NCBI GenBank assembly: GCA_000165345.1
Contig: CM000429.1
Location: forward strand, 32,001-96,000
Direction: 5' to 3'
DNA length: 64,000 nucleotides
Shown: positions 1-10,939 of the stretch, one piece after another
Numbering within the stretch: position 1 is the stretch's first letter
How the letters are laid out: each line of letters begins with the position of its first letter
The notes under the pieces: model-generated
Told to the model about the DNA's origin: nothing
Database searches by the model: none
The model's input: only the letters and a program-made list of their open reading frames with translations
Position numbers and translations under genes: made by a program

Positions 1-837
1 ATTTTTTAGATTAGCTGTTGAAAAACTCGATGTTTTATAACCTAATAATATCTAACAATTGATAGTATAATGAACTCAGGAATAATCTATTCCGATATGG
101 CAAGTTTTAGGTTAAATTTCTTTATTATAATTAATTAATTTAAAACTATAAAGTTTGTTTGAAATAAACAAAATCTCAGAATTTAAATTTTAAAAATTCT
201 TCAACGTAAATATATAAAATGTATGATTCTTGTAAACAGATAGAGTAATCTGGTTCAAAATAGAAATTGCTTTAATGATTGATCTAAATATCAACACCAA
301 AAATGAAGTAACGAGATTCATTGCGTTGTAATTGGTTTTAATTTAAGATTATGAACGTTTATTTTAGATGTTAAATTTCCTAATTCTTTTGAAATCAATA
401 ATTGATTCTTCATCTTCTATTCAGTAATTAGAGTAGTTAACCAAGAATAATGGCTTAAATCTGAGAAATTATATTTATTTGGTTATGATCAACCAGCTTG
501 AATAAATATTTTCTGTTTTAAAGATTCATAAGCGTTTTTAAAGCTAAATGTAATTTTACATCAAATTTTTCGTTTTTATCTTAAAGGGGGGAAAAATTTC
601 GTTCAAAACTGAGTTCTAGTATATAAATAGAATTATTTGATGAGTAGGAATTAAATTAAAGAGATATATCTGAAAATTATCTAATTTATATTTTGCGTTA
701 ATGAAAAACGCTCTTTAAAGTTGGCATTCATTTAATCAACGAAAAAAATTAACGATACATTGGGCGGGCTGACATGCTTATTATAACATGACAATCTAAA
801 ATATTGCAGTAATAAATTAATCTATATCAAACATCCA

Positions 838-3729
838 ATGAAATTTGATACAAAAGTATCACTTTTTGTATTATTTTCTTTGTCATTATTTTCAGTACTG
901 AGCTCAGCAAATATACCAAACGATGACGGGGAAGATAATCCAAAAAATGTAGAAAAAAGTATAATTAATAAATTCTCTGGATTAAATTTAAATGTATTTG
1001 AAGCTGAATTCTGTATAGAGATACTGATACAAATGATGCTTATAATTTATACATTCATATTGAGATGCAATGCGGTATTTAATCCTGAAGAAAGTATTGA
1101 ATCTGTCAGTAAATTAAAATTAATTCTTCTTTATATAGACAAACATTCACGATTTTCTGACAAAAAGAAAATGATATCTCCAAGTAGATTAAAAGGTATT
1201 AATGAAGCACTCAAATATTTAATAGAAACAGATTTAATGTACCAAATGGAGAATTCTTCGAAACTTGACGCATCCATTTTTGTAGTTTTAAGCGAAAGGC
1301 TAAACGAAATAACTTCAACATTGGAAATATTGAGTGAATTGTTGAAACTAATGATTATTAAAAAAGTTCATTTCGGTTATAACGTTATAGCAAAAAAAAT
1401 GATTTCTTTTCTTAGTAAATATCGTTTATTACTCAAAAGGTCGTTTGATTTGTACAAAAAAATGTCCAAAAGTAAATTTTTGCAACAATATGAAACAACG
1501 AAAGAAGTAGTTTGTACCATTTCTATTAATTTAGCTCATGGAATAAATCTACTTGAACCGGTTGAAAAATTATTGGATAATTATAATAAAAAATTGATTT
1601 TGCAAAATTCAACTGGAGTAAAAACGTCAGGTAGTAATAGATCAAGTGAAAAAAAGAAAAACGACTCAAATGAAAGAAACAAACAAAAATTATCAAAAAA
1701 TTCTGAGTTAAGTGAATACACATTCAAGATTGAAGTTATGATTAACTTCTCCTTTGAAGCTATTCTATTTGCAATTGAAAATTTTTTCTTTTTTAAAAAT
1801 GGTATTGCAAAAAAATCACTCTTGAAACATTTTGAAGTTTATGATAAAATACAACAAGAAATGTTTGCTAGATCGACAGAACTGTTACTTACAGAGGAGA
1901 AAGCATATGAAATTAAAGTAAAAGTTAGACAATTTTTGGATTTTGATTCATTATTGCAAACTGATAATTCTGTATTTTCATTCAACGGACCATTAAATAA
2001 AAGAACAATTATAGAAAAATTTACGAAATTAGTTGAAAGATTGAAAATATTATTGCTTTATTTAAAACAGGAAATAATAGGTAAAAGTTCCAGCTCATAT
2101 GAATATTTTTTATTACACAATACAATTATTTATTTAGAAGAAACAACATTAGATTTAGAGAGTGCTATTGTATTATTTGAACGCTATGAAATTGATCACT
2201 TACTTAAATTTCTAAACAGAAACAGTATGGAATTTTTAGCAAGTGCAAGAAAGTCCATGGTTGAAAGCTCAACAAGTAAAGGATTGCATACAAGTAAGAA
2301 GATGAAACCGGGTAGATTTAAAAATATTGAAAGTGTTTGCGCAACATCGAGCGTTCCCATTAATGAGAATGATCAAGTTGATCTTACGAGTAAAGCAACT
2401 GGTTCATCAAAAACTAAAAAGAGCAAGTCCATGAGAAAGCAGTTGAAAATGGAATTATTATTGTCTCAAGAAGAAGCTTCGGAAAAAAAATCGGCCATTA
2501 GTGAAACCATCAAAGAACAAAAAATGAGCAATCAAAAGCAATCAAAAAGAGATAAAATTCTGAATCGTGCAGAAAAATGGAAAAAAAAGAGAGAGAAGGA
2601 AGAAGATGAAAGAAGAAAGGAAAGAGAAGAAGAAGCAAAGAAGAAAAAGGAAAAAGAAGAAAAAGTTGAGCTTTGTCGTCTTGTAAGAGTCGTGACTAAA
2701 ATTGAACAAAATTTTGAAGCCGTAAATGAGGAGATTCAAATGAGAGAAAGTCTCCAGTCATTATTTTTGAATGTGTTTAATTTATTATCCCACTTAACTG
2801 AATCTGAAAATACTCGAAATGATAGAGAAAAAAGCCTGAATCAAATCTTTGAAGGTGGCACCTTAGCTTCAGCAAGTCTTGAAGAAAATAAACCTAGCCA
2901 GCCGCCTGTTGCAACTCAAAGCACTACAAGTTTTGTGGGAAGAAGCAAAGTTGGTAAAAGAAGAGCAGATGAAACTCATAAAAAACCTTTGGCAGCTTCA
3001 ACATTGGATCTAATTGCGAAAAGCAGAACTACTAATGAGTCAAGTGGTGGCAGATCTCTAAGTTTTAGTATAGACTCAGGTGAAACAAAGAGTTTAGAAA
3101 CTACACAAGCTGAGAGCGGAGACAAACTTAGAAGCAAGAGTAAGGAACATAGCAAAACTCATAGTCATAGTAGGAGTAGGAGTACTAGGAGCAGAACTGG
3201 AAGCAGAGGTAGAAGCAAAAGCAGAAGCAAAAGCAGAAGCAGAAGAGGTAGAAGCAGAAGCAGAAGAGGTAGAAGCAGAAGTAGAAGCAGAAGTGGAAGT
3301 AGTGGAAGAAAAAGCGAACACAATTTTGACTATGAAAGTGGATATTCTTTTGAAATACCTTTAACTGAAGCAGAGGATATTGATAGCACAAAAAATATTG
3401 AATCAAAGTTATTAAAGCTATTTTCAAGTTTTGAATCAAATACGTCTGAAGATTCCACTCAAACAGAAAAAAGTAAGGAACAGTTTCTTTTTAGTTTCTT
3501 TGGTATAAAAAGATTTGATTATTCAAAAATTACATCAGAAACTTCAACTTCTGAATTAGAAACAGCGATTTCGGACATTAGTTGTGAGCTTGAAAGAATA
3601 TATAAAGACGTCATTCCATTGTTAACAGGAGAAGACTATGAAATAGTCAAAAATTTTGAAAAATTTATGATCAAAGAACTAATCAAATTGCTAATAATGT
3701 TAAACAATGTTTCAGAAAAATATAAATAG
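838..3729 (+). CDS. Large secreted protein, paralog A of a tandem family (963 aa). It has a signal peptide, an alpha-helical N-terminal domain, a K/E-rich charged linker, an RS/SKSR dipeptide repeat and a conserved C-terminal helix.
   Basis: The ORF opens with ATG at 838 and continues unbroken. The N-terminus MKFDTKVSLFVLFSLSLFSVLSSA looks like a signal peptide. The charged block is KWKKKREKEEDERRKEREEEAKKKKEKEEK. The repeat SRSRSTRSRTGSRGRSKSRSKSRSRRGRSRSRRGRSRSRSRSGSS is encoded by (AGCAGA/AGAAGC)n at about 3170-3310. The C-terminal motif ERIYKDVIPLLTGEDYEIVKNFEKFMIKELIKLLIMLNN is shared with the proteins at 7482 and 10940. I recognise no enzymatic domain. Confidence 0.8.
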   Translation: MKFDTKVSLFVLFSLSLFSVLSSANIPNDDGEDNPKNVEKSIINKFSGLNLNVFEAEFCIEILIQMMLIIYTFILRCNAVFNPEESIESVSKLKLILLYIDKHSRFSDKKKMISPSRLKGINEALKYLIETDLMYQMENSSKLDASIFVVLSERLNEITSTLEILSELLKLMIIKKVHFGYNVIAKKMISFLSKYRLLLKRSFDLYKKMSKSKFLQQYETTKEVVCTISINLAHGINLLEPVEKLLDNYNKKLILQNSTGVKTSGSNRSSEKKKNDSNERNKQKLSKNSELSEYTFKIEVMINFSFEAILFAIENFFFFKNGIAKKSLLKHFEVYDKIQQEMFARSTELLLTEEKAYEIKVKVRQFLDFDSLLQTDNSVFSFNGPLNKRTIIEKFTKLVERLKILLLYLKQEIIGKSSSSYEYFLLHNTIIYLEETTLDLESAIVLFERYEIDHLLKFLNRNSMEFLASARKSMVESSTSKGLHTSKKMKPGRFKNIESVCATSSVPINENDQVDLTSKATGSSKTKKSKSMRKQLKMELLLSQEEASEKKSAISETIKEQKMSNQKQSKRDKILNRAEKWKKKREKEEDERRKEREEEAKKKKEKEEKVELCRLVRVVTKIEQNFEAVNEEIQMRESLQSLFLNVFNLLSHLTESENTRNDREKSLNQIFEGGTLASASLEENKPSQPPVATQSTTSFVGRSKVGKRRADETHKKPLAASTLDLIAKSRTTNESSGGRSLSFSIDSGETKSLETTQAESGDKLRSKSKEHSKTHSHSRSRSTRSRTGSRGRSKSRSKSRSRRGRSRSRRGRSRSRSRSGSSGRKSEHNFDYESGYSFEIPLTEAEDIDSTKNIESKLLKLFSSFESNTSEDSTQTEKSKEQFLFSFFGIKRFDYSKITSETSTSELETAISDISCELERIYKDVIPLLTGEDYEIVKNFEKFMIKELIKLLIMLNNVSEKYK
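3170..3310 (+). repeat. Coding hexanucleotide microsatellite (AGCAGA / AGAAGC / AGAGGT)n that encodes the RS/SKSR repeat of paralog A.
   Basis: The run agcagaagcaaaagcagaagcaaaagcagaagcagaagaggtagaagcagaagcagaagaggtagaagcagaagtagaagcagaagtggaagtagtggaag is visible directly. The minus-strand ORFs 3094-3321 and 3185-3439 are the antisense low-complexity echo of it. Confidence 0.85.
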
Positions 3730-6700
3730 CCTATAATGATTAACCATTATTAAATATGATTTCTTATCGTGAATGTGAGTTCAGGTATTTTACATTACTG
3801 ATGATTATATATTAAAATGAATGAAAATCCAACAAGATTCAACTATGAATGGTACAAAGACTTTTTTGAAAGATTTAAATGCTGTATTCAAAGAATCAAT
3901 TCTTCCGATAATAATGTAAATATTATTCAAAGAATCTATAGCAAGAATGAACAATCAGGTGAACATTTTTGTTAATTTCAAATTTTAACATTCGAAAAAT
4001 CAATTGAAGTCTTGAGCCAAATTTGATATTTGACTCGATTTTTTTTTGATTAAATTTAAAATATATTTTGGTTATCAATTTGAAAATTTTCAAAATAGAT
4101 AAACCGGCTCAAGTGTTTAAACACTATGATAAATTATAATATTAAGTTAATAAAGCAATCACTTTAATAAAAAAAAAGCTATACGGATAAATTCTTTAAT
4201 TAAGAATCTCCAAATAGTGTTAATTTATAACCAGAAATATGATATTAAGATATTTCGTTTTTCAGAAGATTGATATGAAATCATATTCGTATTCAAACTC
4301 AAAAGCATCAAAAGTCTAATAAAATTTGACTTCATTATGTAAATAAACTAATAGATAATCATCTTATGATTCATAAATTTTTTTTTATCACTTGTAAATA
4401 TAATATTTTTATTTCAAGCCCATTATTTTTTTATTTTTTAATATCTTATCTATATGCTTCATTAACGTTCATTTCACTTTAAAACGCTAATAAAGGCGAT
4501 TTTTTTTGGAATTAAAGTTGTAGGGATAAAAAAATCTGTTAATATGGTGTAATAAATTAGTTAAATTCTCGACAGAAAATAATAAAACTATTATTGTGAA
4601 ATCTAGTAGATTAGTTTTTTTATTGTTGAGAATCATGAATGAAATGCTCTATAAAAGAGATTTAAAATCTTAAATCTGTAGTTTATATTGTCTTAGATAC
4701 ATTCATAATATTCTTAATACTTGGTTCCATTTGATAAGATATTCCTTATTCATTATTTAATATATTAGACTATTTTTCATCCGTTACAGATCAAATATTG
4801 GTGTCAAGATAATAGATGATACCTTAAAAATTACATACATTAAGCCACAATATCAAAGCCAAGCTTAATATTAAGTTTTATTAGAAAGAAACCCAAGAGA
4901 ACATGGAATAACTCTAATCAATAATAGAAGAAAAATATTTATTTTCAATGTTGGTAGAAAACAAACTTTAAAAAAGTTATACGATAAAAAAAAAGTGGAA
5001 ACCACCATTTATAAGATTAACAAACTTTTTCAATTTAATGAAATAAAGGTTAGCTTGAAATCTATTTATAAAAAGAGAACTATTAAGGAATATTTCAAAA
5101 ATTTAATGGATGATATATATTTACATTATAATCAAAAATTAAACAAGTAATGTAATTTTATTATTTTTTTACTCACAAAAGTTATTTAAATTATTATGAA
5201 AAACATTAAACTGGCAAAATTTTACTTGAAGCCTTTTTTAAATTTGAAAGCAAAAATTAATTTAAGAAAACTTCACAATGAAAGTCAAATATTTTTGACT
5301 TACAAAAAAAATTAGCGTTTTAAACAATAGAGGAAGCATTCATTAAAAAAGAAAATGATGAGCCTTGCAAAGTTGAAAAAAGATATTCCGATTAATTAAT
5401 TTTGATAGAATTCTAAAATTAAAAATATTCACAAGAAAAAGTCGAAGGAATTGCCAAAAAATAAGTTTTAAGGAGCTTAGATATGTTTAATAGATTTTAT
5501 CACTTGTGCAAATGAATTTATTCAAAAATACAAAAAAGATATAAAAGGTTTCGCCCAAAATATTTAGCTAAAACAAAAACCTAATATAAAACAAAAATAC
5601 TAACAAATATAGCAATGGAAATGAAGTAGAAACACAGAAAAATGCAAATATAATATCTCAAACATTATCCAGAATAAAAATATCAACTTCAGGTCTAGGG
5701 TTGACATTATTTATGTTTCTATACTAAAAAACATGAAAATACCAAAAAAATTACCAATAATTAAAGAAAAATAAACAAAAGATAAATATATTAGAAAATT
5801 AATTCAAGAGCAAATTGAGGGATTCAAACCTGGAAAAAAAAGGAATACTTCATATTGAATAGATCAAAACAGAAACTTGCAAGAAGCTGAATTTGAACTA
5901 GAACCTGCCTTTGCTAATGAAAATATTAAACATTAAGTTATTATTGGGTATTTTTCTAAATAAATTTGTGTTTTAAAGAATTTAACAGAAATATTAATCC
6001 AGAGTCTTGAATTGTTGAAAGTTTTCGGAAACATACTACTCTGAATTTTTGGAAGATTTTGATTCAAGAAAAGTTACAAAAATAAATCATTTAAGCAAAA
6101 AAAGAAAATGTTAAAACAAAAAATTAAACAATTTATAGCTTTTCAGAGTTACTCTTGGTGAATTTAATGAGAAAAATTTTTCAGAAATATTTAAATTAAC
6201 AAGACCAAAACGCAGAATAGATCAAAACTTCACTTGATATGAAGGAAAGCCTATCTAGAGAAAATATTTAATCAAAGATTTAATAAAAATCGAATTAAAC
6301 ACAATATTGTATTAAAGAAGAAACAAATGGCTACTCAAAATAAATGGAGCTAACAATTCAAAAAAAAATTTAGTGTAATTAAATTTTTTAATATTAAATT
6401 GTCGATTTTTAATGTATTACAGCATTAAAAACCTTATTGCTAGTTCTTTTAGCTCTGAAAACCCGAATAAAAGAATTAAAATTAATAGTCAAGTAGTAAT
6501 TTTGCAAAATATAAGTGATTAAAATATTGTAAAATTAATTAAAAAAAATGATGAAAATTTCTGTTTAAATTATTTGAATAGAATACGTAACAATGGAATA
6601 AACCATTTCAAATTAAATAATTTAAAACAAATTAAGGATAAATACGAAATTAATTCAAAAAAATTAACATAAAATAATAGTGTGATGAGTGAAATGAAGT

Positions 6701-7481
6701 TGTAATTATTTTCTTAGTGAATTCAAAAACTAAACCAAAGTGAAAACACTTTATTTCAATATTGTGCAGAATAACAAGGAAAATAGTCCATGAACATCCA
6801 AAAACTTGATTAATAGATGCAGGAAATAAGATAGCCTATTTACTTGATGTAAATAGTAATTTATTGATTAATTTATTAAAGCAACTATAATATTGACATA
6901 AAATTTTTAAACGAAATAAGGAAAGTTTAACTATTAATTAACTTAAATAGAGAACTAATTATGAGCAAAATTTATGTATATCAATCAATGACCTAAAATA
7001 ATAACACTTTTTACCAGTGGAAAATATTGCTCCATAATTGTAATTGATAAGTCAATATTCATGACCCTAATAAGAAATACTAAACGACAAAATAAAATTA
7101 TTAAAGTAAGAAAGCAACAATGATCCAATATATTAATTAACATCTGCATTATCGGGAATAAAACAATGATAATAACATCGGAAATATCAATTTTTGCAAC
7201 TAAAAATCTAATTCCAAAAAAAACTAATTAGTGTTTAAAAATGAATGGTTAATATTTGAGAAAGTTGTACTACTACGGAAAATTCACCAGAAATAAATTA
7301 TCTAAACTTAATGAAACTATTTTGAAGAAAGTATTTGATATATTACAATTATAATTATGAAAATTAACCTTTAACTAGATTATTCGCGTATAGCGCGTAG
7401 ATAAAAGAAAAATAATTTATAGGTCAAGTTATACTAGAGATCTAAATGCTTATGTAATACAAATCTAAAATTTTATTAAAA

Positions 7482-10469
7482 ATGAAAAATAAACATATTT
7501 TTTTAAATATTTTAGTAATTGCCACCTTTTTATTAACTTTAATAGTAGAAGGAGCTGAGTTTAATGAAAAAAGTGGTTCTAAAGAAAATATAGGCCAAAT
7601 TCAGAAAGAAACATTAAGCCAGGAGAGTTTGGCTTTATTAACTCTGGTATCCAATACATATGAGCGGAATTGTTTAGTTGACATAATTGTTAAGCTACTA
7701 TTTTCTTATTCCGCTTTACTACTTAAGTTTTCATATTTTTTCAATGAAAATGTTCTTCATGAGCAAATAAAAAGATTGAGAGAAACGATTTTTCACGCAA
7801 ATTTAGAGTCGTTCTTTATTAACAAATATTTGCTAATAGACTATAAAAAGTTGGAACATATGTATAACAGTTGCTTTGATTATTTAAGATATAGTACAAT
7901 TAACCAATTAAATACCGAGTCATTAAATCAGCAGTATGCATTTATTATGAATATAGTTGAAAATCATGCCGAAATAATAAAACCAATAAGAGAATCTCAA
8001 GCATTACTTGAATATTTAATTTCTTGTGATTTAGATTCAAGTCTTAAATCAATGGTTTCAATACTAATTAATTATGTTTCCGAATTTATTAGTTTGGTAG
8101 AAGAATCTATAAAATCTTACAAAAAAAAGAAAAGAAATTTTAAGAAATTTTTTGATTCAAGAAAAGATTTTTTGAGCAAAGCTAATATCGACTTGGTGGT
8201 TTCTAATCAAAAATTACAGATTATGATGGAGATGAAAGTTAATTTTGAAACAAACAAAGTATTATTAGAAGAATATAATACATTTTTGGAAAATCCGGAT
8301 CAAAATTTAACCGAAGAAAAGGCTTCTCAACTTAAACAACTATATAATGATTATTATGAAAATAATGAATGTACCGAAGAAGAAATATTAGAAATGGAAT
8401 CTTTATTATCAATATCTATGGAATTATTGGGACTAATATCTGCCAACATGTTTTATTTTAATAATCAGGAGCTATCAGAAAATATAAGACTAGTTGAAGA
8501 AGCCATTTCAAATATTAATAAAAAGATTTCGACAAGAGGCACTGAAAATAATTTTGATGTAGAAGACAGTTTCAGAATAAAGAAAAGAGTAATGGAAAAT
8601 TTGGACTATGAAAAAGTAATAAGCTTAAATAATTTATCTTCCAAGTTTAGTAATAAATTATCTAGAGACGTAATAATTAAAAATCTTAAAGGCCTCTATT
8701 TATGTTTATTAAACATCTTGAAGATGTTAAAAAAAGAATTTCAATTAAATAAATGTGGCAAATATATTCAAGAGCTAATGCTTTTGGTTATCAATACTTA
8801 TGAAAAAATAGGAAAAGAATGCGCAGCATCTTTAAAATCAAATGAAAAGAACGAGAGTCTAACAATTTTACCTTTAGAAACTATTCGCGTTATAAGAGAA
8901 AGTACTATATCTAAATGTAAACAAATAATAACTGAGCAGGTAGAGAAAAAAAAGGAGAAAATGAAAGAAGAAAAAGAAAAACAAGAAAAGCTTGAAGCGG
9001 AGAAAAAAATACAATTAGAACAAGAGAAGTTGGAATATAAGAAAAGACTTGAGAAGCTGAAAGAAAGAAGTAAATCAAAACAAAAAAAATCATATCCTGA
9101 GGTTAAATATGAGATAAAAAAAGTACAAGAGTGTGATTCTATAATATTAGAAACTCAAAAAATGATTAGGCCTACTGTTAGAAATAAGGCTGAAAGAAGA
9201 AGAAGGTTGATGGAAGAGATAAATAGGTTTAATGAAAAATCAATAAAAAAAGAACTAATAAGAGAAGCGGTTAATAGACAAAGATTAACAAGAAAATCTA
9301 AAAAAAATTTAAGTTCAGGTGAAAGGAGATCTAAATCGCATTCAATGGAAATGAATAATGCCCAAACAAAAGATCAGATTACACATAGTATTGATATAGG
9401 AAGTGATTCAAGCCAAAATTCTTCTAATGAATCAAGTGGTGATGAAGAGACTTGTTCATCTGATGTTAAAAAGAAAAAACATGTAAAAAAAAAGGACTTT
9501 AGCAAATGTTTGTTACCCGTGATTAAACTCGTAGAGGATTCTATTAATGAAAGTAATAAATCACACCAACAAAGCAAAGGAGAAGGCATAAGTGAAGAAT
9601 CCGAGGGTGCTTGTTCAAGTCATGTAACAGAAAAAAGAGTTTCCAAAAAAAGACTTGCAAATGAAAAACCCGGTGATACCCCATTGGTCAAAAGTACTGT
9701 TGAATTATTTGGCGAATCATTTGTTTTTGAAACAAGAAAAGTTGGTCAAAGAGGAGCTATGGAAGGAACTGCAAAGAGCTCTTCCTTACGTGAAACTTCG
9801 AATTCCCCCTCTTCTGTTTCACAAATAGAAAGTATAACCGATAAACAATTATTTGGAAAACAATCAAACTCAGAAGCTCGAAAATCAAGATCTGGAGCAA
9901 AAAGCAGTAAATTATTTGTAAGAAGAGCTTTATCTGAGCCTCCTCTGAGAAATAAGCCAAGTTCAAATTTGAAAACTAGGGCAAAATCTATTCCAAGAAC
10001 TAGATCCAGATCCAGATCCAGATCTAGAAAAAGAAGAAAGTCAACATCTCGTTCAAAGCTGCATTTAAAATCTGAAATTTATTCAGATGATGCGACTTCA
10101 GAAATGATTTCAAAGTTAATACAGCTAGAAGAAAGAATGTCTTATTCTGTAGATGATTCACCTGGGTATAAATCCAAATTTATTCCTATGTTTTCAAAAT
10201 CAAAAGTAGCTGAAGAAGCACAATCCGTTGATATTTTCAGCTTTTTTAATATTGTTAATCTCGATTTTTTAGAAATCACAGAAGTTTCCACTATTGAAGA
10301 AATAGAAGCTGCCATCGAATTTTGCAGTGAAGAGATTACTCGCATTCATACTGAAATCCTACCGCTATTGACAGGCTGTGATCTAATTCAAATGAAAAAC
10401 TTTCAAAAGGATCTAATAAGCCGATTAATTAGATTACTTATTATGTTTAATAATAAAAAGAATGAATAA
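7482..10469 (+). CDS. Large secreted protein, paralog B (995 aa). Architecture matches paralog A: signal peptide, helical N-domain, K/E coiled linker, RS repeat and conserved C-terminal helix.
   Basis: ATG sits at 7482. The signal peptide is MKNKHIFLNILVIATFLLTLIVEGA. The linker is EKKKEKMKEEKEKQEKLEAEKKIQLEQEKLEYKKRLEKLKERSK. The RS repeat IPRTRSRSRSRSRKRRKSTSRSK is encoded by (AGATCC)n at about 10003-10030. The C-terminus ITRIHTEILPLLTGCDLIQMKNFQKDLISRLIRLLIMFNN aligns with paralog A. The N-domain segment LLGLISANMFYF and STRGTEN matches FLGLAAMNLSLL and NSRGTEI in paralog C. Confidence 0.8.
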   Translation: MKNKHIFLNILVIATFLLTLIVEGAEFNEKSGSKENIGQIQKETLSQESLALLTLVSNTYERNCLVDIIVKLLFSYSALLLKFSYFFNENVLHEQIKRLRETIFHANLESFFINKYLLIDYKKLEHMYNSCFDYLRYSTINQLNTESLNQQYAFIMNIVENHAEIIKPIRESQALLEYLISCDLDSSLKSMVSILINYVSEFISLVEESIKSYKKKKRNFKKFFDSRKDFLSKANIDLVVSNQKLQIMMEMKVNFETNKVLLEEYNTFLENPDQNLTEEKASQLKQLYNDYYENNECTEEEILEMESLLSISMELLGLISANMFYFNNQELSENIRLVEEAISNINKKISTRGTENNFDVEDSFRIKKRVMENLDYEKVISLNNLSSKFSNKLSRDVIIKNLKGLYLCLLNILKMLKKEFQLNKCGKYIQELMLLVINTYEKIGKECAASLKSNEKNESLTILPLETIRVIRESTISKCKQIITEQVEKKKEKMKEEKEKQEKLEAEKKIQLEQEKLEYKKRLEKLKERSKSKQKKSYPEVKYEIKKVQECDSIILETQKMIRPTVRNKAERRRRLMEEINRFNEKSIKKELIREAVNRQRLTRKSKKNLSSGERRSKSHSMEMNNAQTKDQITHSIDIGSDSSQNSSNESSGDEETCSSDVKKKKHVKKKDFSKCLLPVIKLVEDSINESNKSHQQSKGEGISEESEGACSSHVTEKRVSKKRLANEKPGDTPLVKSTVELFGESFVFETRKVGQRGAMEGTAKSSSLRETSNSPSSVSQIESITDKQLFGKQSNSEARKSRSGAKSSKLFVRRALSEPPLRNKPSSNLKTRAKSIPRTRSRSRSRSRKRRKSTSRSKLHLKSEIYSDDATSEMISKLIQLEERMSYSVDDSPGYKSKFIPMFSKSKVAEEAQSVDIFSFFNIVNLDFLEITEVSTIEEIEAAIEFCSEEITRIHTEILPLLTGCDLIQMKNFQKDLISRLIRLLIMFNNKKNE
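10003..10030 (+). repeat. Short coding (AGATCC)n microsatellite that encodes the RSRSRS stretch of paralog B.
   Basis: The run agatccagatccagatccagatctag is visible directly. Confidence 0.7.
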
Positions 10470-10939
10470 CATGCATTATTCTGACTTAAAATGAACAAAA
10501 AAATATTATATTTTATGGATACATAATGCTTATTTTACTACGAGATAAATGCGTCAGATTAATTAATCTTTGAATTAATTTTGTTTTTAAAGAATTAAAT
10601 ATTAAGTTTTTTTCATATAAAACTACAAATAATGCTCTACCTGCACTAATGTTTGCATTAATTAAAAATCTAAATTGTCTTTTACGAACATAATGAATAG
10701 TTTTTTTTTCTTAATTCACCCGTTATTTTCTGCAATTAACTTGTCTTATTTTTCTATTAAGTTGATATAGTTGAAATGTATTGGCGCCTAACGATCTTGA
10801 GCAGTAATGTAATTTTGGACCGACTATCTGCATTGATTATCTGCAAAAAAAAAAAAATTATGTAATAATGGGAAAAATATTAACAATACATGGTAATGCT
10901 TTTGATAGATGATAGAAGAAATATTACGTACTATATCAA

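Noticed and set aside
3094-3439. Minus-strand ORFs 3094-3321 (FAFSSTTSTSAST...) and 3185-3439 (CFCFCFCFYLCF...) in the track.
   Set aside because: They are antisense or alternate-frame readings of the (AGCAGA)n microsatellite inside paralog A. They are low-complexity, have no start context, and are fully contained in a much longer sense ORF.
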